Shown: piece by piece, positions 1-10,429 of the stretch
Layout: each line of letters opens with the position of its first letter
Numbering within the stretch: the first letter of the stretch is position 1
Assembly (NCBI RefSeq): GCF_001194135.2
Contig: NC_068997.1
Location: 7,742,496 to 7,806,495, forward strand
DNA length: 64,000 nt
From: Octopus bimaculoides
Lineage: Eukaryota
Direction of reading: 5' to 3'
Made by a program: the position numbers and the translations under genes
The notes under the pieces: generated by a model
What the model was told of the DNA's origin: nothing
The model's database searches: none
What the model saw: only the letters and a program-made list of their open reading frames with translations

Positions 1-35
<35 letters not shown>

Positions 36-104
36 ATTTCATAAGTAACAGGGTATTTTAGAATATATCATCAGAAAAATCGGAAAGACCAAACTTACAC
101 AATT

Positions 105-139
<35 letters not shown>

Positions 140-661
140 CACATGGTGTATGTATATGTATACACACACGTGCACACATGCAAAGCTCTCTATTTAAAAT
201 CAGGGGTCAAATAAATAAATAAATAAATAAAAAAGTCATAAGTAATTTGGTTAAATACAGAGAAATTAGACATAATTAGAATATTTTCAGTGAAATGCAA
301 ATTAGAAAGTAGAGAGTTATTTAGTTAGCCATGAGCAATGATAAAGAATATTTGGTGCCAGTGGCCAAAGTCTGGTAGTCTTGGTAGTAGTTGTGGTATC
401 ATTAAGAATTGCTGTTCGTGGAGTAGAGAGCAGCATGATTAAAATCGAAGACTGAACGGACAATTTGGAGATAATAAAAGATAACGAGAAAGAGATTAAT
501 GCAGACCAAAGGATAGTATTAGAGAGATAGAAGGGTAGGTAGGTGTGTGGGTGGAGAGAGAAAGTCTGTAGAAAAAAAAGGAGACTTTGAAAAGAAGAGT
601 AACAAGTGTTATGGGTTGAAATCAGAGACAGACAGAAGGAAAAGAAAGAGGTGAGAGGGGC

Positions 662-701
<40 letters not shown>

Positions 702-752
702 CAAGAGTGATGTTGTAAAAAGAAGAAAGGTCCTCACCTAATAAAGATCTTC

Positions 753-853
<101 letters not shown>

Positions 854-932
854 CACACACACGCATATATATATGCACACATACATATATACATACACAT
901 ACATATATACACACACACACGCATATTTATAT

Positions 933-964
<32 letters not shown>

Positions 965-1580
965 GTATGTACACACACACACACAGCTAATGGAAGTCTT
1001 CAAGTAATATATACACAACTAACAGAAGACATATTTGGGGAAGAAAAAGACAGAGAGAAAGAATGAGTGAAAGACAGAGAGAATGGAGGAAAGAAAGAAA
1101 GAAAAGAGAGACTGGAAGAGCAAGAGAGGGAAAATCTTGCTGTAGACAAGAATTCCAGGTAAGCAAATTATCCTGGATGTATCTGGGAGAGAGAGAGAGA
1201 GAGAGAATGAAAATGAATGAGGAGGAGTAAGCTAAGAGGGGGAGAAGCTGAAGTATGTTACATAATTTCAGATGGCCACAATAACTAAGATTAGAAAGAG
1301 AGAGCGAGAAAGAGAGATTGAGTGAGAGGGCATGAAAATAAGGGAAAGGAAAAAAAGAGTAAATGAGAAAAGCTGAGCTAGAGAAAGAGAGAGAGTGAGT
1401 GAGAGAAGCTGTAGTATGTGTGACAATTGCAGGTGACCACATTACCTTGGAGGTGTACTTGGGCATGTAATAGATCTCATCGCCATGGATATTGCCATCA
1501 TCAGGTTCCTATAAAGCCACATGTGGTAAAACGGACGCAGGTTAAGAATCAGATACGTTATACTAATTGTATACTAATTA

Positions 1581-2146
1581 CGAGGATGAGTCAAAAAGTA
1601 ATGCCATTTTGTTTAGGACAGGTATAATTACCAACACAGGAACATGTATCATACATCAAAATGAAGCTGGTCCTCTGTGGATCACATCCCTACTTCTCAA
1701 CATAGTCACCGTTTCTCTCAATAGCAATGTTCCACCTTCGAATGAGAGCATGTCTCCCTGCCCAGTAAAATTCTGTTGATTGTTCTTTGAGCCACTTCTT
1801 CACTACAGTTTTCACTTCCTCGTCACTAGACTATCATTGTCACTGGACTACCATCTCTTTGGCCCCATGAAAGAGGGTTTGAGAGGCAAACATTATTCCA
1901 GTGATGAGGAAGTGAAAACTATAGTGAAGAAGTGGCTCAAAGAACAGTCAACAGAATTTTATGAGGCAGAGATACATGCTCTCATTTGAAGGTGGAACAT
2001 TGCTATTGAGAGAAACGGTGACTCTGTTGAGAAGTAGGGATGTGATCCACAGAGGACCAGCTTCATTTTGATGTATGATACATGTTCTTGTGTTGGTAAT
2101 TATACCTGTCCTAAACAAAATGGCATTACTTTTTGACTCACCCTTG
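1581..2146. mobile_element. Fold-back mariner-derived MITE with ~250-bp inverted arms, TA-flanked
   Basis: TA at 1579-80 and 2147-48; arms ~1581-1833 and ~1894-2146 are near-perfect reverse complements; right side encodes a mariner transposase C-terminus (DYHLFGPMKEGLRGKHYSSDEEVK...). Confidence 0.9.
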
Positions 2147-2634
2147 TAATNNNNNNNNNNNNNNNNNNNNNNNNNNNNNNNNNNNNNNNNNNNNNNNNNN
2201 NNNNNNNNNNNNNNNNTAAAGTCTTGTGTTCATTGCAATAATGGAATAAGTTCTTCAGTGGTAAACTTTGTTTCTAGTTTGGATATGTTGAAGCTAATCA
2301 AAGAAATACCTTAAAACCATGGCATCAATTTAAAAGAAAAAAAAAAAAGCAAAACACCCAAAAAGACGGTTGTTTGTCAGACAGAGAGTATTCCTGAAAG
2401 AATATTTGTGAATTTGGTTCTCAAATTCTTAGACATATTATGGAAAGATTTTAAGAAACAAAATTTAATTAATTGTAAACTGCACGCACACACGTATATG
2501 TGTATGTGTGTGTGTGTGTGTGTACGTATATACTGGTTGGTGTGTTCACAAAATTACAGAAACCAAAAATATACATCACTGCCTTTCTCACCAACAATGG
2601 AGTATCACTTACATGTGACTGAAGAAAATCTTTT

Positions 2635-2669
<35 letters not shown>

Positions 2670-3149
2670 CGCAGAGTAGAATAAATGTATTTCAATCAGT
2701 TTTGATGGGGAAGTACTCAGTTGCTCTAGCTGAGTATTCCACAGACATATCTACCCTTAATGTAATTTTCAAGAAGAATTGTGTGACCCACGGTGTAATG
2801 TGGTTTGACTACACCTTTTGTATGACAGATAGCCAAGCCATCAGACGAACAGATTGTACAGTTTTTGTCATTCAGTTGAAACCACAAGGCTTGGCTGAAC
2901 TCAAGACTAAAGTAAAAGACAATTACTACCAATGGGATTGAACCAAGACCTTACGATGGTAAAGTCAACTTCTTGACCATTCAATCATACGATGCTCACA
3001 CACACACACACACATGAAGGTAGAGAGTTTCTGGACATTTATTACATTAACCCTATCACAAGCTATAACTAATTAAAATAGAAATCCTGTTAAATGTATG
3101 AGAGACTAATAAGCCACTGGATAAGATGCTAGTTGTTGCAAGAAACTTT

Positions 3150-3385
3150 CTCAGAAAATCGTGGTTGTTGATGTCCGGAAATTACAGCTTCAGATGCCCA
3201 CAATTACCCAGACACAGAGTCACGCTTCAGTGTGATATAACCCTTATTACTCCCTCTTGTGAGAGTTATGACCATTCCAGAACATTGTTTCTCTGGAATT
3301 GTCTCCCTGCATTTATCTTCCAGGAAACTATCGACTTGCAACATTTCAAGCAGACTGTTAATGGCATCAATCAGAATAATATCAG
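3150..3385 (+). mobile_element. Degraded 3' end of a CR1/Jockey-like LINE ORF2
   Basis: Translation SRTLFLWNCLPAFIFQETIDLQHFKQTVN resembles the LWNxLP...FK terminal motif. Confidence 0.45.
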
Positions 3386-4172
3386 AACACCTGTGAAAGC
3401 CACTGACACAATTCCATCCTCCAGGTGTAAAACCCCTAACCCAAACCCCTGTACTTAAACCGATAATGTAGTGAGTAGGAGAATCTACTGCATGGGCAAC
3501 CCTTGACCTCAGCCCCCACCATCGTTACTTAATACAGGGTTTATATTTCAGGGAAGGACATCAGTAGAAGATGTTTCGTTAGAAAAACTGCTGCTAATAT
3601 GATTTCCATCCATCCACCCACCCACACACCCTGAGAGTCCCATAACTTTCTTCAAAAATATCTACACCACAACAATTTAATTATAAGTTAGTTATTATAT
3701 TGTAGTAGTTATTAAACAATTACTACAAGTTAATATAATATATTAATGTGGGTATGTGTATACTTCACATGTAGCTTGCATTGGATTAGAAACACAAATG
3801 GAAATTAGGAATATTTTTTTAATGTCTAGAAACAGGAAACCTGAATAAGAACAACAACAAAGTTTTTGTTTTTCAGAAATGCATGTATACATGTAATGTA
3901 TGTGTGTGTGTGTGTGTGTGTGTATGTGTGTGTGTGTGTGTGTGGATACACACACACACACACACTTAGTCATTACTACAGCTACCACATTAAATACATA
4001 TGCATAGTGCAAATAATAAACAAATACATTTTATATGATGAAGAAGGATCATGCGGCCCCGTAGACGGGCGGACATACACACAAAAACACAGACGCATAT
4101 ACACACAAGAGTCAGATGACAAATGAAATTAGATACGACTACTGGCAGCATTCTACAAATACTTAGGGTTAC

Positions 4173-4235
4173 CTTTGAAGTAAAATCATTGGGATTAACA
4201 TAGAGATCTTGATGCATTGAACCAGCATTTGGTGC
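4173..4235 (-). CDS. PLCG: PLC-gamma exon, cSH2-SH3 activation linker (APNAGSMHQDLYVNPNDFTSK), 63 nt, phase 0-0
   Basis: ccctttgtag-type acceptor (ttcctttgtag), AAG|gtaacc donor; LYVNPN resembles the activating-Tyr context (FYVEAN / MYVDPS); phase fits the preceding exon. Confidence 0.85.
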
Positions 4236-5313
4236 CTACAAAGGAAGAATCAACTTGGAATCACATTAAACAAACTCTAAGCATTTGGTTTCTTTTTTAA
4301 ACTGGCAAGGTGTGTTCTGGAACTACAATCAAGCGACAAGGACCACAAACATGCCAACTAGTGTAATAACAGACCCACAACAAACAGGTTAACATGGCTG
4401 CATGAAAGCTGAACAAAATTAAAATCAACCAAACATCAGTTTTCAGGTCACCATACTCATGGTTCCAGAAACTCATCTGCCATTTGACCTGATTTAGGAT
4501 CAATAATAGAAGATCAGGGGTCAGTTTTAAGGACATTAAGTTGTTACATTGAACAAATTAAGTGACTGGGCAGCCAAGGATCACCTTCAGTTAATCCAAC
4601 AAGAATTAAAACTACAATTTTTCATTTGGGCCCACTTTATCCCTGTTTGCAGTTGATATCAGCAACATGGACAAAATGAATGTAAAACAGATGTCACCAA
4701 ACCTTGAAGGTTGCACTGTTCCATTTGTAGGGAGCCAAGGCATCTTAATAATTAGTGATTGCTGCACATTAACAAACTACAATCAACATAACTCAGTAAT
4801 GGTCAGCAAATTAAAAACTGATTGACAGAGAGAGAGAGAGAGAGAGAGAGGTCATGTGACCAGTACATCTAATGGCCGTTTAAAACTTATGCTGATTATA
4901 AATATTTATCCCTTTGACCATCTAGTCATCTAACAACAGATCACTGGGAAATTCCGTCTGAAGCAGAAGTGAAAGTCCAGTTTTGATTAAATTATTAAAT
5001 TACAAAACAATTCTTTAAGTACTAAGTAAAAACTAAACTTGTGCATATTGTATATATATCACAGCAGAAGAATTGAACTCTTTTCCTACAAATAGAGAAA
5101 CATCCAACAACATGAGTCACTGATACTTTTAAAGAAACTAATGTCTTACTGAGAAATTGGTAAAATGTCATCAGATGAAAAACTTAGTTCTGAAAAAAAA
5201 AAAAAAAAAACCCCTAAAAACAATACACATAGAACAAAGGCATTCAGTTTCGATGTGCAGAAATGGAATGCATTGCCATGTTGGATATTGATTGTAATTA
5301 TCCTAACTATATG

Positions 5314-5651
5314 TGAAGGTGCATGGCTCAGTGGTTAGAGCGTCGAGCTTACGATCATGAGATTGCGAGTTCGATTCCCGGACCGGGCTGTGTGTTGTGT
5401 TCTTGAGCAAGACACTTTATTTCATGTTGCTCCAGTCCACTCAGCTGTAGAAATGAGTTACGATGTCACTAGCACCATGCTGTAGCGGCCCCTTTGCTTT
5501 TCCCTTGGATAACATCGGTGGCATGGAGAGGGGGGGCTGCTATGCAGGGGTGACTGATGGTCTTCCATAAACAACCTTGCCCGGACTTGTGCCTCGGAGG
5601 GTAACTTTCTAGGTGCAATCCCATGGTCATTCATGACCAAAGGGGGTCTCA
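5314..5651 (+). mobile_element. tRNA-derived SINE with intact A/B boxes and target-site duplication
   Basis: TGGCTCAGTGG A box, GTTCGATTCC B box, CORE-like cttgagcaagacactt...cagctgt segment; atcctaactat duplicated at 5300-5310 and 5652-5662. Confidence 0.85.
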
Positions 5652-6735
5652 ATCCTAACTATGTATGAAATGTGTGGCTGAACAATTTCCAAATAATTCA
5701 CATGATGTAAGGTCAACAATACTGTAGATAAACATATACATGTTTAATTTCTAGCATGAACACAGGAGATGCCTCTGTGCTGTCAGGGTCACCATACTAC
5801 ACGATATTTGAGCAGCAGCTGCTATAAAGTTGAATTTCTCTCAGGCACTACATAGGTTTCTTTTCAGTCATGATTCATTTGTTTTATGTGTGTCCTACAT
5901 TACCATGGGTTACACAAATGTATTAACAAAGCACTGCTTTACAGCTGGGTGCTCTTCCTGTTGCCAACCCTTAACTATTTTTAAAATAAAAGATCAACAT
6001 GTGTTCAAATTCCATGTCTTTGAACACACAAAATCAACAAATGATTTGTTGGTAAGAGAAATGACGACAACATCACTGCTTGTCGCTCAGTGATTCGTGT
6101 TGGAGCATGACTGTGAACACACAAACATGCACACTCACACAAGTGTACACACACACACACACACACATAGTAGGCTTCTTTCAGTTCCCTCAACCAAAAT
6201 CCGTTCATATGGCTTAGTTTCCCCAAGTTCAGTAGGAAACACTTCACAACAGAATTCAACCAAAAGTCACAGGATGGAGGAATGAACTTCTTAAGCACAT
6301 GGCTCATCCTCTGAGCATTCATAATAATTTTTCACATTGTCTTGGCTCAACAGCCCTCATCGTTTGTTTTTACTGTCCTGTTCTTGTTACGACTTTCACC
6401 CTCCACAAAAAATCCCAAATTCTATTTCATTTGCTTTGCGGGAAGGACTGTTCCAAACGAAGTTACGTATTGTGCTTACCTTCGAAACAGAGAGTAGGTG
6501 AAACAGGGACAACTGATGAAGGGTTATACTCTTTATGTTGCATGTCTCGTTTCTCTGTTTGCTTTTTTTTTCCTTAATCGAAAAAGAAGTTCGTTTTCTG
6601 TTTTCGTTTCTCATTATGTTCAACGTTTCTTTGATGTCCTGTACCCATATATGCATGTATATATACATATATATGTAGGTATGTACATATATGTATGTAT
6701 ATATTATTTATATCAAATATATATATATATATATA

Positions 6736-7113
6736 CTCTTTTACTTGTTTCAGTCATTTGACTGCGGCCATACTGGAGCACCGCCTTTAGTCGAGCAAAT
6801 CGACCCCGGGACTTATTCTATTGGTCTCTTTTGCTGAACCGCTAAGTGACGGGGGACATAAACACACCAGCATCGGTTGTCAAGCAATGCTAGGGGGACA
6901 AACACAGATACACAAACACACACATATATATATATATATATACATATATACGACGGGCTTCTTTCAGTTTCCGTCTACCAAATCCACTCACAAGGCTTTG
7001 GTCGGCCTGAGGCTATAGTAGAAGACACTTGCCCAAGATGCCACGCAGTGGGACTGAACCCGGAACCATGTGGTTGGTAAGCAAGCTACTTACCACACAG
7101 CCACTCCTGCGCC
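6736..7113 (-). mobile_element. SINE family A, near full-length copy (tRNA-like head, internal (TA)n/(TG)n, ends ...tgactgaaacaagtaaaagag)
   Basis: Reverse complement is highly similar by eye to copies at 13007 and 50102. Confidence 0.9.
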
Positions 7114-7147
<34 letters not shown>

Positions 7148-7354
7148 ATGTGTGTCTATGTATATTGTATGGAGCCATGAGTGTCTAAATAGCATCTAAT
7201 CATTACTAATTTACAGGAGTGGACAGTAAAGGAATGCATGGAGTGGTGGTGGTGGTGGTGGTGATGGGGAGTTGTGGTAATGGTTGGGCTGGTCTCTATG
7301 GCAGGGGAGAAAATAACCAGAATTTTAAGAACTGAAAGCAAAAGCTCTACTTAC

Positions 7355-7532
7355 AATACCCATTCTCATGATTAACTGGTCCGTGACTGGGTACCTAAGC
7401 CTCATTTTCTTGTAGAGAGGATTTTTTTCATGATATTTTATCAGGTTGAGTAAACTCTCAAATTGTGCGGTACCGATTGTGAAGAGGCGACCCTCTTGTT
7501 TAATTCGGCAGTGCTTTATTTTACCTTCACAC
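7355..7532 (-). CDS. PLCG: PLC-gamma exon, cSH2 C-half (CEGKIKHCRIKQEGR...PLYKKMRLRYPVTDQLIMRMGI), 178 nt, phase 2-0
   Basis: ttcttcag acceptor, gtaagt donor; KIKHCR and PLYxKMxLRYP motifs. Not in the supplied ORF track. Confidence 0.97.
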
Positions 7533-7844
7533 CTGAAGAATTTAGATGAGGGAAAAAAGAAAAAACAATTTTAATTTACAAAAAGCAACAATCAGATTAT
7601 TCACATCTCAGTTAATTTCTTTTTATTATTGTTATTATTGTCATAACTCCCCTATTGTTATTATTGTCATATCTCCCCTATTGTTATTACTGTCATATCT
7701 CCCCTCTTTTCAGCCACATTTAAATTTTATACATCCATAAAAACCCTAGGGTTCTCCCTGTTTACCCATACACTCATATATACATACATGTACACTTCAC
7801 AAATATGGTTTTAATAAAGAAATCTTGTACTTTGCTCTTCTCAC

Positions 7845-7967
7845 CTGAAGGATATCACAAATGCATACTGGTCTGTTTCACTTCTTCTCACCAAAAAGGC
7901 ACCATCACGTGGAATTCTTTTCAATTTATCTTCAGCAGTAGCTCGATCAATATCACCATAAAACCAC
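7845..7967 (-). CDS. PLCG: PLC-gamma exon, cSH2 N-half ([28 protein letters not shown]...ISFR), 123 nt, phase 2-2
   Basis: tttcatcag acceptor, AG|gtgaga donor; PRDGAFLVR motif. Confidence 0.97.
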
Positions 7968-8442
7968 CTGATGAAAGAATAGATATTTAGGGAAACCCTC
8001 AAGATACATACATGGTGAATGGCGTATATGTATGATAAAAAGGAATGGATGATGTACAAGAGTCATTAGGTCCAATTTGCAATCAGAACCTGAGTTTAGA
8101 TTCAATGACAAGGTTGACTGGGATGAGCAAGGTGTCCGGGGTCTGTGGCCTACCCTGAAGTAACTTCTCTTGAGCCACAAATGGATTTGAATTCAGTGCC
8201 ACTAGCTGATAAAATGATTGTGTGTAATCCTGCCAGAATTGTTGTTTTTATCCAGTAATTCATAAAATTAATCTTCCTTTGACAAACCAGAAGAGACCAA
8301 CAAAACAGCAAGTGACTTTGTCAGAATTATGCCCTGGAGCGTTACAGCATGTCAGTACAATCCAGTGAGGAGTTTTCATCACTTCTTGGCCGTTCGTTGA
8401 TTAACTGCTGATTATTCTAATAATGTGAACTTTATGAATATC

Positions 8443-8838
8443 ATCATCACTGTCATCATTTAACGTCCGTTTTCCATGCTGGCATGGGTTGGACGGTTTG
8501 ACTGAGGACTGGTGAGCCAGAAGGCTGCACCAGGCTCAAACTGATCTGGCAAAGTTTCTACAGCTGGATGCCCTTCCTAATGTCAACCACTCCGAGAGTG
8601 TAGTGGGTGCTTTTACATGCCACAGGCAAGGGGGCCAGTCAGGCAACGATCACGCTCGAAAGGTATTTTTTACGTGCCACCTACACGAGAGCCAGTCTAG
8701 TGGCGCTGGCAATGACCATGCTCGAATGTTGTTTTTCACGTGCCGGTAGGGCGACTCTGGCAACGATCACGCTCGAATGGTGCATTTCACGTGCCACCGG
8801 CATGGGAGCCAATCTGTGGCCATGGCAACGATCACGCT
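8443..8838 (-). mobile_element. SINE/LINE-tail family B with (GAT)n 3' tail (RTE-like end)
   Basis: Plus strand reads catcatc...ttaacgtccgttttccatgct...ggatgcccttcctaa...; related copies at ~21928-22080, 24686-25085, 27884-28115, 32030-32305, 37846-38200, 61100-61400 and opposite-orientation copies at ~28382-28427, 33880-34010, 38860-38995, 59640-59810. Confidence 0.85.
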
Positions 8839-8952
8839 CAAATCTTGAAAAACCAGCGAAGATCTTGAGTACAACTGATCTTCCTGTAAATCATAAAAAA
8901 AAAGACATAAAAAGCTATTAAAAAAGAATAAAGGGAAAGTCGGAAGACTTAC

Positions 8953-9153
8953 TCTTTGCCCTCGTGGCACTGTGGCTGTGGAATGGGTTCTTTTAGAGTG
9001 AGCTCAAAGTCAGAGCTGCGGAGTGGATTCTGTCTGTAATAGGTTATTAGTGAGTACAAACTGTCAAACAACAATGTGTCAATCAAGTAATACTTCAGCT
9101 GGCCACGATCCTGCTTTGACTTGATACGACAATGATTCACATTGGATTTCCGT
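8953..9153 (-). CDS. PLCG: PLC-gamma exon, nSH2 C-half (RKSNVNHCRIKSKQDRG...EPIPQPQCHEGKE), 201 nt, phase 2-2
   Basis: tcattctag acceptor, gtaagt donor; HCRI and FDSLYxLIxYY motifs. Confidence 0.97.
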
Positions 9154-10299
9154 CTAGAATGAAACAAACACATGACGGGAGATGAAAAAAAGAAAGAAAG
9201 CAAAAAAAATGAGATAATAATAATAATAATAATAAAGAAAATAATAATAATAAAAAAAGATAATAATAATAAAAAAAGAATTTGTTGCAACAAGTTCAAA
9301 GTTTTCTATCAATTTACAATTAGCTTAGCAATTAATGATAATTAGCTACAGGAAAGAATAAAGCTGAGAATAATAATTGCAATAAAACAACAGAATTCCA
9401 AATGATAGCAAATGTAATTACATACTTTCCTTCAAAATTACTCATAAATGTATGAAAAAGAGACCAAGGGAGCTGCTACATGTTTGTGTGACATGTTAAA
9501 AATAGCAGTCAAATCTTTCTTACATCATAAAAAAAATTCCTCTAAATGAGGATGGACACAATGATATACTGGCCTGGAAAAGATGGGATGATAGGTCTGC
9601 TTGATCAGGGCTGACCTGGGGCTAAAACAGCAACAACAAACAAATGCATGGTTTCTTAAAAGAATTCCAAAACATAAATTGAAAAGGTAATCAATATTCA
9701 AAGGGGAAGATTCTTTGAGAGAAAACATCATCTGAAGGTGGCAGTGGTAGGATCCAAGGATAGATTCCATCATTGGAGAATACCATTACTAAAAGGATTT
9801 CATTCCGATAGCAACTGGTTCATACACAAACATCCTGCTTGATACACCTCCCTACACACACACACACACACACAAACTAAAGCTCTGCACTCCCCAAGCA
9901 GACCCCTTGCAGTACAGTAGTGCTAATTACAACACATCCAAACGGTGCCTTAGCTTCATCCACCAAATGCTATTTTACCTATTTGTATAAAAACTACAGA
10001 GATTACCTTCAAAGGAACAACAGATGTCTTCATGGGCCACAGAGCCTGAAAGGTCACACATTTCCCTAATTGCAGTGGGTCTCTTGCTGAGAGATTTTCT
10101 AATGCTGCAGAAACTCTATTTTTTTTTTTTACCATTCTACAACCAAAATGCTTTTGTAAGTGACACTCCTGCAGATAATAAAACTACCATATTTTCTACC
10201 CAGTTTGCTTCTAATTCTTCAATACTTCAAACACACATACAACAAAATCCCTGCTTTATTTACATTTGATGGATATTTGTCCTCGTCTTGTTTATTGTT

Positions 10300-10345
10300 A
10301 ACACAACGTTTCGGCTGATATACCCTCCAGCCTTCATCAAGTGTC
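10300..10345 (-). ncRNA. Minimal type I hammerhead-ribozyme-like motif (C3U variant) inside a small repeat
   Basis: GACAC-UUGAUGA-A-GGCUG(10 nt)CAGCC-GAAA-CGU-U-GUGUU: stem I 5 bp, stem II 5 bp, palindromic ACGU stem III. Confidence 0.6.
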
Positions 10346-10393
10346 TTGGGGGAAATTTCGAACATGGGTTCTCATTCCTAAGGTATTTTTCGA

Positions 10394-10429
<36 letters not shown>

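Noticed and set aside
5314-5390. tRNA gene
   Set aside because: A/B boxes are present but the sequence continues into a SINE body with a TSD, and no complete cloverleaf acceptor stem is evident.
6476-6680. Type II hammerhead from GAAA...CTGATGA (related repeat, inverted, at ~30490-30880)
   Set aside because: Core words are present but stem I cannot form between them in either copy; kept only as an unclassified repeat family.
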